The notes under the pieces: generated by a model
Seen by the model: the letters and a program-made list of their open reading frames with translations, nothing else
Databases searched by the model: none
Told to the model about the DNA's origin: nothing
Shown here: positions 51,158-61,539 of the stretch, piece after piece
Position numbering within the stretch: position 1 is the stretch's first letter
How the letters are laid out: each line of letters opens with the position of its first letter
Translations under genes and position numbers: made by a program
Origin: an uncultured bacterium
GTDB taxonomy: Bacteria > Bacillota_I > Bacilli_A > RFN20 > CAG-826
DNA length: 64,000 nucleotides
Direction: 5' to 3'
NCBI GenBank assembly: GCA_949297445.1
Contig: CASFSS010000018.1
Coordinates: 291,884 to 355,883 of the forward strand

Positions 51158-52132
51158 ATGGCAAAATTAGCAAATCCATTTGAACGAAGCAGTTTCAAAG
51201 TATCCGCTCTTGACGAGAAGGATAATTATGGAAAATTCGTCATCGAACCACTCGATCGTGGCTATGGCTTAACATTAGGCAATTCCTTGCGCCGCGTTTT
51301 ACTTTCTTCTTTACCAGGCGCTTCTATCTATGCGGTAGAAGTCGAAGGTGCTCGTCATGAATTCAGCGCGTTAAAAGGCGTCGTTGAAGATGTCACAGGC
51401 ATCATTTTGAACTTAAAAGATTTAGTGCTTATTATCGATGATGATGATAACGCACCTAAACGCCTCGAAATTGATGTTAAAGGTCCAAAAGTTGTCAAAG
51501 CAAGCGACATTATTTTGCCAGCTTTTGTTACGGTCGTTAATCCTGATTTAGAGATTGTCCATGTCGCTGAAGGTGGCGAATTTAAGATGACCATGTACGC
51601 TAGGAATGGTCGGGGCTATGTAACAAGCGAAGGAAATAAGATGGACCGCGCTTCGCGCCCGGTCGGCATTATTTCTACTGACTCCAATTACTCCCCTGTT
51701 ACCAAAGTTAGCTATTTGGTTGAACCAACTCGTGTTGGTCACGATTCTCGCTACGACAAGTTGACAATCGAAATTTGGACGAACGGTTCTATTCGCCCCC
51801 AAAGCGCTATCGCTTTAGCGGCTGAAATGCTCATCGTCAATTTAAAACCCTTTGCCGAACTAGAAAAGACAGTTGAAGAAATCAACATGGTCAAAGAAGA
51901 GGTTGTCACGACTGAAAATAAATTTGAAGGCATGACAATCGAAGAACTCGATTTATCGGTTCGTAGTTATAACTGCTTGAAAAGAGCGGCTATTTCGACC
52001 GTCAACGAATTGACGCAAAAAACCGAAGAAGAAATGATGAAAGTTCGTAATTTAGGCAAAAAATCACTCAAGGAAGTTAAGGAAAAACTCGCAGAAATCG
52101 GTTTATCTTTCCGCGATAATATTCCAGAATAA
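51158..52132 (+). CDS. rpoA: DNA-directed RNA polymerase alpha subunit
   Basis: RpoA N-terminal and C-terminal domain sequence. Confidence 0.95.
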   Translation: MAKLANPFERSSFKVSALDEKDNYGKFVIEPLDRGYGLTLGNSLRRVLLSSLPGASIYAVEVEGARHEFSALKGVVEDVTGIILNLKDLVLIIDDDDNAPKRLEIDVKGPKVVKASDIILPAFVTVVNPDLEIVHVAEGGEFKMTMYARNGRGYVTSEGNKMDRASRPVGIISTDSNYSPVTKVSYLVEPTRVGHDSRYDKLTIEIWTNGSIRPQSAIALAAEMLIVNLKPFAELEKTVEEINMVKEEVVTTENKFEGMTIEELDLSVRSYNCLKRAAISTVNELTQKTEEEMMKVRNLGKKSLKEVKEKLAEIGLSFRDNIPE

Positions 52133-52144
52133 TAGGAGGTCAAA

Positions 52145-52540
52145 ATGGCTAGTCAAGGTCGTAAAAATGTTCATGGTAAAGCTGGTGTTCGTTTTAAAGC
52201 CGGCTATACGAAGAGCAAACATGAAAATAAATTAAGAACCCTCGTCACCGATTTGATCATCCATGAAAAAGTGACGGTTACAAGCGGTGTCGCCCAAGAC
52301 TTAAAAACCTTAGCAGACCGCATGATTACGCTCGCTAAGCGCGGTGATTTACACGCTCGTAGGCAAGCTGCCAGCGTGCTAAGAAAAGTTATGGCGGATG
52401 AAAATCGCACAGCTCTTGATAAGTTATTTGCGGAAATTGGTCCTCGTTACCAAAGCCGTAATGGTGGCTATACGCGTGCTATTAAAGCAAATGTCCGTCG
52501 CGGTGATAACGCTCAACTTGTAATTATCGAATTGGTGTAA
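52145..52540 (+). CDS. rplQ: 50S ribosomal protein L17
   Basis: L17 sequence; SD TAGGAGG upstream. Confidence 0.95.
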   Translation: MASQGRKNVHGKAGVRFKAGYTKSKHENKLRTLVTDLIIHEKVTVTSGVAQDLKTLADRMITLAKRGDLHARRQAASVLRKVMADENRTALDKLFAEIGPRYQSRNGGYTRAIKANVRRGDNAQLVIIELV

Positions 52541-52568
52541 TTTATTAATTAATTTATTAATTATTTTT

Positions 52569-52597
52569 AAGGGATCATTTGATCCCTTTTCTTTTTT
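52569..52597 (+). terminator. Rho-independent terminator of the ribosomal alpha operon
   Basis: aagggatc-attt-gatccctt hairpin followed by ttcttttttc. Confidence 0.8.
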
Positions 52598-52756
52598 CAA
52601 TTTTGCTTGTCAAAAATCACATTTTCTTTTTTTAATAGTTGTTATAATGAAATCAAGGAAGTGATTACTGAAAATTTAAATTATTTTTATTAACTTTGTC
52701 TATATTTTAGATATTTGTTTTGGATGTTTTGTTAATTTTGGAGGCGATTTAGCTCT

Positions 52757-53263
52757 ATGAAAACACTAATAATCAAAAAACTATTGCCAATATTCTTGCT
52801 AAATATTGTCTTTTTAACTGGCTGCGACAATGGTCCAGTTATTTCAAACAAGAGGGTCTTTTATGAATCATCATCTTTCGAATTGGTGAGCGAACGGCCA
52901 ATTGACAAAATGGAACTATCTGTCGTCGAGGCATATCACGATGGTGAATTATACTCAACTCGCCCAGAATATTTCTGTCTTTATGAGACAGTAGCATCAA
53001 AAGAAAATGTTTATAAATTATATATTTCTTCTTATGACTATTCTTATACAAATCAGCTTGAAGCAGCCAATAAATATTATATTTATACCTTTTCCGATCA
53101 AAAAGAAAGCTGGCCAATATATTGTTATTTAGAATTGGAAATTGAATTTGAGGATAATCAAGCGAGCGTTACTTTCACTTCAATTGACAATCAATATCTA
53201 TTTCGTTCTTCACGAGATCCTTGGCAATTACCAACCGCATTTTATAAGGAGGCAAGCAAATGA
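52757..53263 (+). CDS. Uncharacterised lipoprotein
   Basis: Signal peptide with lipobox LTGC; SD GGAGG upstream. Confidence 0.5.
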   Translation: MKTLIIKKLLPIFLLNIVFLTGCDNGPVISNKRVFYESSSFELVSERPIDKMELSVVEAYHDGELYSTRPEYFCLYETVASKENVYKLYISSYDYSYTNQLEAANKYYIYTFSDQKESWPIYCYLELEIEFEDNQASVTFTSIDNQYLFRSSRDPWQLPTAFYKEASK

Positions 53264-53853
53264 AAATTGCAAAATATTTAACAGCATTATTGGCTGTTTG
53301 TTTATTGGCCGCGTGCGCTCCGAGCGAGATAACTTACCCAACCAATTACGAAGGGACAATTACTTATATTAATGATGGTAGCGAAGATGCCATGAAACTA
53401 TTTAATGGTATAAATTACGACTCGTTTTCTATCGATATTAAGGAAATCGATAAAACCTCCTTTTTGCAAGCGGGCTCCGTCAATGTCTTTGCTGAATCTA
53501 AATATTATTATTCCGATTGTTCTTTACATTACACTGAGCAAGACATTGAAAAAGTTTATTTTTACTCAATAAACTTCCATTTGGTGTCCACGGAACTTGC
53601 TGATGCCATCATTACTTTAAGAACACTCGTTTCCAACGATGTTACTAAGGTATGCGGTGGTTCTTTGTCTGTTTCTTTTTTATTAACAATTCAAAGTTTG
53701 ACGCTGAATGCTACCCACACATTTACACTTTTGGATACTTATAGAACTACCAATAAAGAATTTAAACCAATAATGACGTTTGGCTTGCAATATTTAGGTG
53801 AATATCAATACGATGTTGTTGACAGCATTTCTTTGACTGGCACATTTAAATAA
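53260..53853 (+). CDS. Uncharacterised lipoprotein
   Basis: Signal peptide with lipobox LAAC. Translationally coupled to the upstream lipoprotein gene by an ATGA overlap. Confidence 0.5.
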   Translation: MKIAKYLTALLAVCLLAACAPSEITYPTNYEGTITYINDGSEDAMKLFNGINYDSFSIDIKEIDKTSFLQAGSVNVFAESKYYYSDCSLHYTEQDIEKVYFYSINFHLVSTELADAIITLRTLVSNDVTKVCGGSLSVSFLLTIQSLTLNATHTFTLLDTYRTTNKEFKPIMTFGLQYLGEYQYDVVDSISLTGTFK

Positions 53854-53941
53854 ACTTATTACAATGTTTTTGCCATTGTTGTTTAAATTTATAAGAGCAC
53901 GATTTGTGCACTTTTAAAGTATAATTGGAAAGTAGCTCTTG

Positions 53942-53970
53942 TTGAAATGCAACATTCTTTTTGATATAAT
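53942..53970 (+). promoter_or_regulatory. Sigma-70-type promoter TTGAAA-17nt-TATAAT, about 9 nt upstream of the CapD-like ATG (near-leaderless)
   Basis: Consensus hexamers with 17-nt spacing seen directly. ATG at 53980 and no SD. Confidence 0.45.
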
Positions 53971-53979
53971 CAAATTATC

Positions 53980-55857
53980 ATGAAAAAAGCAACAAAACAC
54001 ACTAAATGGCTGCATTATCTTTATATACCAGCAGATTTTTTAGTATTGTTTGTTATTAATTTGTTGCCATTTCTTTCTTCTTATGGTGTTGAATATTTTA
54101 ATAATAATGTTCTAGTTATTTTGCTGTTTGCTGCAGTTTCTTCTTCTTCTGCTGTTTTAATTTTGGCGATATTCAAAATATATAAGATGTTAACTCATAA
54201 TTTTGGTTTGCGTGATGCAATATTAGTCATGGCAATTGTTTTCGTTGTTGAAATAGTTGCTTTTTTAATTGCTATCTTATTGCCAAATGATATTTTATTG
54301 GTCGATGTAAATTACGTTTGGGCTTGGATTCTTTCGCTGATTTCCTCTATGTTTGTTATACCAGCTCTTAGGATGGGCTGGCGAATTTTTGCAATCATAT
54401 CATATCGATTTCAAAACAAAAAGAAAAAAGCTAAAACATTGATTATAGGAGCTGGCGGTGCAGCTAAAATAATCATTGATGACTCAATCACGAATAAAAA
54501 TAGTAAAAATAATATTTTAGTTTTAGTCGATGACGACTTAAATAAAATTGGTGGAACATATGCTGGTTTGCCTGTTGATGGGCCAATTTCTAACGCGGCG
54601 AATATTATCGATAAATATGGTGTCGAAGAAGTCATTATAGCGATATCCAATTTAGAAAATGAAAAATTGCATGAAATTCTTCGTTTTTTAGAGCCGTGCG
54701 ATGTAAGAATTAGAAGAATGCCTCTTTTGTCAGAGATGGGTTCTCCAAATGTAAAGCATATTATCGATGTAGATCTTGATGATTTATTATGTAGAGATCC
54801 TGTTAAATTGGATAATAGTGAAGTGAAATCGATGTTATGCGGCAAAACAGTTTTAGTTACTGGAGCCGGCGGCTCTATTGGTTCAGAGCTTGTTCGCCAA
54901 ATTTTTAACGCGAAGCCCTCGACATTAATTCTTTTTGATATATATGAAAACGGTGTTTATGATATTCAACAAGAAATTCTTCGCAACATCGCCAATAATA
55001 AAATTGAAAATGTTAAGGTTATAACATTAATTGGCTCCACCTATAACGAAGTTAGAATGGAGCAAATATTTGAAAAGTACCTGCCGGATTACATTTATCA
55101 CGCGGCGGCATATAAACACGTTCCCTTGATGGAAGATTCGCCAGTAGAAGCAATTAGAACCAATGTTGTTGGTACATACAATGTCGCAAAATTAGCCGAT
55201 AAATACAAAGTTAAAAAAATGGTTCTCGTTTCAACCGATAAAGCCGTAAGACCTACTAATGTCATGGGAGCGACTAAACGTTTTGCGGAAACTATCATTC
55301 AATATTTTTCTGAAAAGTCTAAATGCACAGTGTATGCTGCTGTTAGATTTGGCAATGTTTTAGGATCAAACGGTTCTGTTGTGCCTCTTTTTAAAAAACA
55401 AATTGAGTCTGGAGGTCCCATCACAATAACCGATAAGAACATTATTAGGTATTTTATGACTATTCCCGAAGCTGTGTCATTGATATTGCAGTGTGGTTTA
55501 TTTGCTAATGGTGGTGAAATTTTTATTTTAGATATGGGAAAGCCTGTCAAAATAATTAATCTTGCAATGAAATTAATTAGGCAAGCTGGATTTGTGCCGT
55601 ACAAAGATATCGATATAGTGGAAACCGGGCTACGTCCTGGTGAAAAACTGTATGAAGAATTGCTTCTTGATACAAATACTCAAACAAAGACAAAAAATAA
55701 TCGCATTTACATTGAGCAAAAAGATAAAATCTATCCTATTGAAGATGAAATACTTACAATCTCTAAAGTATTTGAAATGGATAACAATAGCGATATTAAA
55801 AAGATGTTATCTAGTATAATAACAACTTATACCATCGACGAAAGAAAAGAAAAATGA
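53980..55857 (+). CDS. Membrane-anchored UDP-sugar 4,6-dehydratase (CapD/PglF/WbpM family)
   Basis: N-terminal 4 TM, then Rossmann motifs (LIIGAGGAAK, LVTGAGGSIGSEL) and the short-chain-dehydratase YxxxK (AYKH). Confidence 0.8.
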   Translation: MKKATKHTKWLHYLYIPADFLVLFVINLLPFLSSYGVEYFNNNVLVILLFAAVSSSSAVLILAIFKIYKMLTHNFGLRDAILVMAIVFVVEIVAFLIAILLPNDILLVDVNYVWAWILSLISSMFVIPALRMGWRIFAIISYRFQNKKKKAKTLIIGAGGAAKIIIDDSITNKNSKNNILVLVDDDLNKIGGTYAGLPVDGPISNAANIIDKYGVEEVIIAISNLENEKLHEILRFLEPCDVRIRRMPLLSEMGSPNVKHIIDVDLDDLLCRDPVKLDNSEVKSMLCGKTVLVTGAGGSIGSELVRQIFNAKPSTLILFDIYENGVYDIQQEILRNIANNKIENVKVITLIGSTYNEVRMEQIFEKYLPDYIYHAAAYKHVPLMEDSPVEAIRTNVVGTYNVAKLADKYKVKKMVLVSTDKAVRPTNVMGATKRFAETIIQYFSEKSKCTVYAAVRFGNVLGSNGSVVPLFKKQIESGGPITITDKNIIRYFMTIPEAVSLILQCGLFANGGEIFILDMGKPVKIINLAMKLIRQAGFVPYKDIDIVETGLRPGEKLYEELLLDTNTQTKTKNNRIYIEQKDKIYPIEDEILTISKVFEMDNNSDIKKMLSSIITTYTIDERKEK

Positions 55858-56465
55858 CTACCCGCCAAAAAGTTTATTTACCTTTTAAAAGATTTTTTGA
55901 TATTTTTTTATCATTATTATTTGTTGTGGTTTTTTCCTGGCTATATTTAATCATATCTATTGCAATAAAAGCATCATCAAAAGGTCCAGTCATATTTAAA
56001 CAAAAGCGAATTGGTAAAAACAAAAAAGAATTTTATATATGGAAATTCCGTACTATGAGAACGGAAACGCCAAAAGATATGCCCACGCACATGCTCGAAA
56101 ATCCAGATACTTATATTACAAAAGTAGGCAGATTTTTGCGAAAGACATCGCTCGATGAATTACCACAAATTTTTAATATATTGGCTGGAAAAATGTCTAT
56201 AGTTGGTCCGCGTCCCGCTTTGTGGAACCAAGAAGATTTAATTGCTGAACGCGATAAATATCATGCCAACGACATTCGTCCGGGACTTTCTGGTTGGGCA
56301 CAGTGCCATGGTCGCGACACTTTATCAATTGGACAAAAAGCCGAACTAGATGGATATTATTTTCAAAAATTTAACATTTGGATGGATTTAAAAATAATTT
56401 TTTTAACGTTGGGTCAAGCAATTGTTGGCAAAGACGAGGTTGAGGGCAAAAATAAAAATAATTAA
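55854..56465 (+). CDS. Small initiating phosphoglycosyl (sugar-phosphate) transferase, PglC/WbaP C-terminal-domain type
   Basis: Bacterial sugar transferase domain (DELPQIFNILAGKMSIVGPRP, PGLSGWAQ) with a single N-terminal TM. Start overlaps the upstream gene's stop. Confidence 0.8.
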   Translation: MTTRQKVYLPFKRFFDIFLSLLFVVVFSWLYLIISIAIKASSKGPVIFKQKRIGKNKKEFYIWKFRTMRTETPKDMPTHMLENPDTYITKVGRFLRKTSLDELPQIFNILAGKMSIVGPRPALWNQEDLIAERDKYHANDIRPGLSGWAQCHGRDTLSIGQKAELDGYYFQKFNIWMDLKIIFLTLGQAIVGKDEVEGKNKNN

Positions 56466-56522
56466 ATTGTTTTTTAATTTGAAATCTAATTATTATATAT
56501 AATAGAAACGGAGGTAAAGTTT

Positions 56523-57131
56523 ATGATTCCATTGATTGTTCTTGATTCATTAGCGCCTTGGGCGATTGCTTTGATTGTTGTCGGCGCTATTATTGGACTA
56601 GTTTTATTAGTTGCTATTATCATCGTTATTTGGTGGATTACAACGTTGAATAATATGCGTAGAATGGTTGTAAAGATTGACGAGGCGGAATCCGGCATCG
56701 ATGTTGCCTTAGAAAAACGTTTTGATCTTTTGACAAAAACTTTTAACACGGTGAAAGGATACGCTAAGCACGAATCTGAAACTCTTGAAAAAGTTATTGC
56801 GATGCGTTCGCCATCTAAAGGAGCGTCAATGAAAGAAAAAGCTGAGTTTGCCTCCTCAATGAATAAAGCCTTTGATTCAATAAATATTGTGATGGAACAA
56901 TATCCTAATCTTAAGGCCAACGAAAATTTCTTAAAATTACAAAATCAAATCACCGATGTTGAAGAACATTTGCAAGCAGCTAGACGCGTATATAACAGCA
57001 ATGTTTCTTCATACAATCAATATATCGTCGTTTTCCCGTCAAACATCGTTGCTAAGCGCCATAATATGACCAGCCGGGAATTCTTTGAAGTCGAAGAGGG
57101 TAAACGACAAGACGTGAAAATTGAATTTTAA
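56523..57131 (+). CDS. LemA family membrane protein
   Basis: N-terminal TM plus LemA-like helical domain. Confidence 0.8.
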   Translation: MIPLIVLDSLAPWAIALIVVGAIIGLVLLVAIIIVIWWITTLNNMRRMVVKIDEAESGIDVALEKRFDLLTKTFNTVKGYAKHESETLEKVIAMRSPSKGASMKEKAEFASSMNKAFDSINIVMEQYPNLKANENFLKLQNQITDVEEHLQAARRVYNSNVSSYNQYIVVFPSNIVAKRHNMTSREFFEVEEGKRQDVKIEF

Positions 57132-57143
57132 TGAGCGTCTATC

Positions 57144-58067
57144 ATGGGAAGCACACCGCTTAATTTAGATACTCTTGAAAGCGCTAGAAAAAGTACGGTT
57201 AAAGCCATCATTACCGTTTTGATTATCGCTGGTCTTTTTGCCGTCGCTTTTGCAATTTGTTTTATTTTATATTTTCTTAATATAACTAGCAATTTTGCCG
57301 CATTTTATTTTGGATGTATTTTTTGTGTTGCTTTTGCTATTTTTTTGCTAGTCGCTTTAGCAATTGCTTTGTCGTTTAAAAAGAAGCGTCGTTCACAAAT
57401 TTTAAATTTGGTCGTGCAATCCGAATATGAAAATTTTTACTATAATCCGAGTCGTGGTGTTAATTTAGACAATTTATTGCGTCCTAATTTTTTTGCGCCG
57501 CCAGATCGCTATTTAGGTTCAAACGCCCTTGCTGCTAAACACGAGAATATTCTTTTTGAAATGTGCGATTATAATTTGCAAAAAATTTCGCGCGACAATA
57601 AAGGCAATACGACGTATACAACATACGCTTCCGGCCGCTTTGTCGATATAACGTTTGAACGTGATTTAAAAGGAGAAGTAAAAATTATTGAGAAATCTTT
57701 TTTAAATAATATCGGTGGTGCTGGTTTAAAAAAAGTAGAACTTGAATCGCTAGAATTTAATAAAAAGTTCAATGTTAAAGCGACTAACGAATTAGTGGCA
57801 TTTTTTGTTTTAACACCGCAAATCCAAGAAAAAATTCTCCAATTTGAAAAAATATATAGCGGTCGTGTTTATGTGGCGTTTATGGTGAACCATCTTTATA
57901 TTGCTATTGAAGGAGAAAACATTTCCTTCAATTTCAGCGTTTTCAAGCCGTTAGATAATCGAGTAGTAGAAGCTGCAAAAAATGATGTCTGTCTTCCAAA
58001 AATTATTAATAAGATGTTCGATTTAAGCGGTGAAAAATTTGGTAGAGATGCTACTATAGATATTTAA
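57144..58067 (+). CDS. DUF3137-like membrane protein (LemA-associated)
   Basis: Two N-terminal TM segments then a soluble domain. This architecture matches the family usually encoded next to lemA. Confidence 0.5.
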   Translation: MGSTPLNLDTLESARKSTVKAIITVLIIAGLFAVAFAICFILYFLNITSNFAAFYFGCIFCVAFAIFLLVALAIALSFKKKRRSQILNLVVQSEYENFYYNPSRGVNLDNLLRPNFFAPPDRYLGSNALAAKHENILFEMCDYNLQKISRDNKGNTTYTTYASGRFVDITFERDLKGEVKIIEKSFLNNIGGAGLKKVELESLEFNKKFNVKATNELVAFFVLTPQIQEKILQFEKIYSGRVYVAFMVNHLYIAIEGENISFNFSVFKPLDNRVVEAAKNDVCLPKIINKMFDLSGEKFGRDATIDI

Positions 58068-58076
58068 GGTGCAATT

Positions 58077-58952
58077 ATGAACTATTTGGAGTTTGAGAAG
58101 AATAGAAAAAAAGAAGCAAAAATTTCTTATATTTATTTTCTAGTTTCAGGCGTCGGCCTTTTAACAATGCTTATTTTTCTTTTTCTAAATATCTTTTTAG
58201 GATGGAATGAATATTTCTTTTCTTTTTTTGCCATTGGTCTTATTTTGTTGATTGTTTTTTTAATCTTAGCTTTTGCCAAAAAAGAAATGTTCAATAACAA
58301 ATATCGTTTGGACTTTATGAACGCGATGTTAAATGAAGTTTATTCTAATGCAACTTATAAATATCATAACGGTATTTCAAAAACTGAAGTTTCCGATTTG
58401 CCCATTTTGCCAACCAAGATTGAAGTGGATAGCTACAATACTATTATTTCTAAATATAAAGATGTCGCCCTTAAGGCCAGCAATCTCACCATCTATTTAA
58501 ATCGTCCCTTTTTTAACCCTAAATATTTTCGTGGATATTATATTCAGTTTGATTCACCATTAGAAAAAGATGAACCAGTGATTATATTGACCAAGCAGAT
58601 GATTTGTTCGCTTGAAAATTTAAACGAATTAGGAATGAACAAAAACGAAGAACTCTTGCCCGGTTACATCGTCTATCAATCAAACGGACCGCTTGACAAT
58701 TATTTATTTAATGAAAATTATTTAACAGCCATTAAAAAAATGTCCGAAGATTTGTCGGCTGAATTTGCTTTGCTTTATTTTAAAAAGCATATTTATTTTT
58801 TATTAAATAAAAATATTAAGATTGGCAATATTCCATTTTTTCGTCCGCTTAGTGAAACTCAATTGAAGCAATACCAATCAAATATTGCTTTGCCAACTAA
58901 AATCGTTGAACTTCTCAAAATAGACACTAATAGCAAAATATATAATACTTAA
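58077..58952 (+). CDS. Hypothetical membrane protein with the same architecture as the preceding gene (probable paralog)
   Basis: Two N-terminal TM plus a soluble domain of similar length. Confidence 0.4.
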   Translation: MNYLEFEKNRKKEAKISYIYFLVSGVGLLTMLIFLFLNIFLGWNEYFFSFFAIGLILLIVFLILAFAKKEMFNNKYRLDFMNAMLNEVYSNATYKYHNGISKTEVSDLPILPTKIEVDSYNTIISKYKDVALKASNLTIYLNRPFFNPKYFRGYYIQFDSPLEKDEPVIILTKQMICSLENLNELGMNKNEELLPGYIVYQSNGPLDNYLFNENYLTAIKKMSEDLSAEFALLYFKKHIYFLLNKNIKIGNIPFFRPLSETQLKQYQSNIALPTKIVELLKIDTNSKIYNT

Positions 58953-59055
58953 CTTTCTTTTTGATATTGCTTTGCTTTTTAAAGACGATTTTTTCTGTCG
59001 TTTCTTTTCGCCATTAACAATGTTAAAATAAAAATTAATTGAAGGAAGATCAAAA

Positions 59056-60285
59056 ATGAAAGAAAAATATTTGAAAGATTATGAAGCGCCTTTAGCACCT
59101 CTATCTTTGGTAGATGAAGCTAGTCGCTGTCTTCTTTGCTTGGACGCTCCTTGTTCCAAAGCATGTCCAGCTGGAACTAATCCAGACCGTTTTATAAGAG
59201 CTGTTCGCTTCCGCAACTTTGCTGGTGCAGCAGAAATTGTCCGAGAAAACAACGCTCTTGGTGCTATATGTGCCCGTGTTTGCCCTACCGAAAAGACTTG
59301 CCAAAAAGGTTGTTCGCGTAGCGGAATCGACCGCCCAATCGATATTGCGGCCATTCAACGCTTTATTACCGACTTCGAAGACGCTACTAAAATGGAAATT
59401 TTATCAGCCGGCAAAGATAATGGCAAAAAAGTGGCGATTGTTGGAAGCGGTCCTAGTGCCTTACAAGCAGCAGCTACTTTGCGCAAATTAGGTTACGCTG
59501 TTACCATTTATGAAAAAAATGATAAGGCTGGCGGAATGTTACGTTTCATCCCGGCGTATCGTCTATCAAACGATGTCGTTGATAAAGAAATTGCTCGTTT
59601 AGAAAGAATAGGCGTTCGCTTCGTTTTGAATACATATGTCGGTAAAGACATCGCTTTAGAAAAATTAGAAAAAGAAAATGATGCCGTCATTCTCGATTGT
59701 GGTTTAAGCTATGGCAAAATGCTTCCAATGTTTAAAGGTTTTAAAAATGTTGAATTAGCAGTTGACTTCTTAAAACGCGTCAAAGACAAGGACGGCGAAG
59801 TTGCTTTGGACAAGCACTATTTAGTTGTCGGTGGCGGCGATGTGGCAATGGATGTTGTCACAACCTTGAAACTTCTCGATGTTCCTTATGTCACCGACGT
59901 TGTTTATGAGACCTTTGACGAATTCAAAGCTAGCAAAAAAGAGCTCGATAACGCTCGTCATGAAAAAGTTTCTATTTATGATGGCTACATTCCAGTTTCT
60001 TTTGATGGCAAAGTGGCCGCGTTTAAACATCGCTATTTAGAAAATGAAGTAAAAGTTACTGCTGATAAAGTAATTTTAGCGGTTGGCCAATATGCAGATT
60101 TGACGCCTTTTGGTATCGAATTAAAAAACAACGAGGTCGATGTTGATGGTTATCGTCTTCCAAACCGCAATGTTTTCGTCGCCGGCGACATCGCTAAGAG
60201 CGGCCAAGACAAAACGGTTGTCGGTTCGGTTAGAGTAGGCAAGGAAGTTGCCGTGGCTATCGACAAATATTTAGGAGGAAAATAA
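59056..60285 (+). CDS. preT: NAD-dependent dihydropyrimidine dehydrogenase subunit PreT-like (GltD-family oxidoreductase)
   Basis: N-terminal Cys cluster and a dinucleotide-binding GSGPSA motif. Paired with the downstream preA-like gene. Confidence 0.7.
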   Translation: MKEKYLKDYEAPLAPLSLVDEASRCLLCLDAPCSKACPAGTNPDRFIRAVRFRNFAGAAEIVRENNALGAICARVCPTEKTCQKGCSRSGIDRPIDIAAIQRFITDFEDATKMEILSAGKDNGKKVAIVGSGPSALQAAATLRKLGYAVTIYEKNDKAGGMLRFIPAYRLSNDVVDKEIARLERIGVRFVLNTYVGKDIALEKLEKENDAVILDCGLSYGKMLPMFKGFKNVELAVDFLKRVKDKDGEVALDKHYLVVGGGDVAMDVVTTLKLLDVPYVTDVVYETFDEFKASKKELDNARHEKVSIYDGYIPVSFDGKVAAFKHRYLENEVKVTADKVILAVGQYADLTPFGIELKNNEVDVDGYRLPNRNVFVAGDIAKSGQDKTVVGSVRVGKEVAVAIDKYLGGK

Positions 60286-60287
60286 AA

Positions 60288-61535
60288 ATGATTAAGAAAG
60301 ATTTATCTGTTGAATTTTTAGGTGTTAAATTTCCTAATCCATTTTGCCTCTCTTCCTCACCGGTTGGCAATTGCTACGATATGTGTAAAAAAGCTTATGA
60401 AACTGGTTGGGGCGGCGTCGTATTTAAAACGATTGGTCCCAAACACTATTTCATTGACGAAGTTTCCCCTCGTTTTGATAAGTTAAACAAGGAAAATACG
60501 CCATTTGTTGGCTTCAAAAACATGGAACAAATTGCCGAGCATCCTTTGGAGGAAAATTTGGCGGATTTGCGTCGCCTCAAAAAGGAATTTCCAAATCAAG
60601 TTTTAATTGCTTCTATCATGGGTTCTAACGAGGAGGATTGGACCGAATTGGCTCGCTTGGTCGAAGAAGCCGGCGCCGATATGATTGAAATGAATTTAAG
60701 TTGCCCGCAAATGACCTCACACGCCATGGGTAGCGACGTTGGTACCAATCCCGAGTTATGCTACAAATATTGCCAAGCCGTCAAACGCGGATCTAAATTG
60801 CCAATGATGGCAAAGATGACGCCGAATATAACCGATATGGTTCCGGTGGCTTTAGCGTGCATTAAAGGCGGTGCTGACGGAATTGCTGCTATCAATACTA
60901 TTAAATCAATTTGTAATATTGATTTAGACAAATATGTTGGCTTACCAATTGTCGATGGCAAATCATCGATTTCGGGTTATTCAGGCAAAGCGATTAAACC
61001 TGTCGCCTTACGCTTTATTCAACAAATGCGCTCGGACGCTCGTTTAAAAGATGTTCCTATTTCTGGCATCGGCGGTATCGAAACCTGGGAAGATGCCATG
61101 GAATTCATTTCGCTTGGTGCCACAACGTTACAAGTGACGACCGCCATCATGCAATATGGATATCGTATCGTCGAAGACTTGAAAAATGGTTTGATGCACT
61201 ATATGGCCAAAAAAGGTGTAAATCATCTTTCTGAATTAGTGGGATTAGCCAACAAGAACATCATTCCCGCCGAAGAATTAAATCGTGATTATATTGTCCG
61301 TCCACACATTGATTTAGATAAGTGTGTTCATTGTGGACGCTGCTATATATCTTGTTATGATGGCGCTCACCAAGCAATCGAGTGGAACGAAGAAAAGCGT
61401 GAACCATTTTGTAACGAAGAGAAATGTGTCGGCTGCTTGCTTTGTGGCCACGTTTGCCCGGTCGGAGCAATTACACCTGGAAAAATAACAATCAAAGCAG
61501 GCCGCGAGCGAAAAGTTGAAGATATTAAATTATAA
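60288..61535 (+). CDS. preA: Dihydropyrimidine dehydrogenase subunit PreA-like (DHOD-fold with two C-terminal 4Fe-4S motifs)
   Basis: DHOD/DPD TIM-barrel motifs (MNLSCPQ, GIGGI). C-terminal CVHCGRC...[12 protein letters not shown] ferredoxin motifs. Confidence 0.8.
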   Translation: MIKKDLSVEFLGVKFPNPFCLSSSPVGNCYDMCKKAYETGWGGVVFKTIGPKHYFIDEVSPRFDKLNKENTPFVGFKNMEQIAEHPLEENLADLRRLKKEFPNQVLIASIMGSNEEDWTELARLVEEAGADMIEMNLSCPQMTSHAMGSDVGTNPELCYKYCQAVKRGSKLPMMAKMTPNITDMVPVALACIKGGADGIAAINTIKSICNIDLDKYVGLPIVDGKSSISGYSGKAIKPVALRFIQQMRSDARLKDVPISGIGGIETWEDAMEFISLGATTLQVTTAIMQYGYRIVEDLKNGLMHYMAKKGVNHLSELVGLANKNIIPAEELNRDYIVRPHIDLDKCVHCGRCYISCYDGAHQAIEWNEEKREPFCNEEKCVGCLLCGHVCPVGAITPGKITIKAGRERKVEDIKL

Positions 61536-61539
61536 ATAA

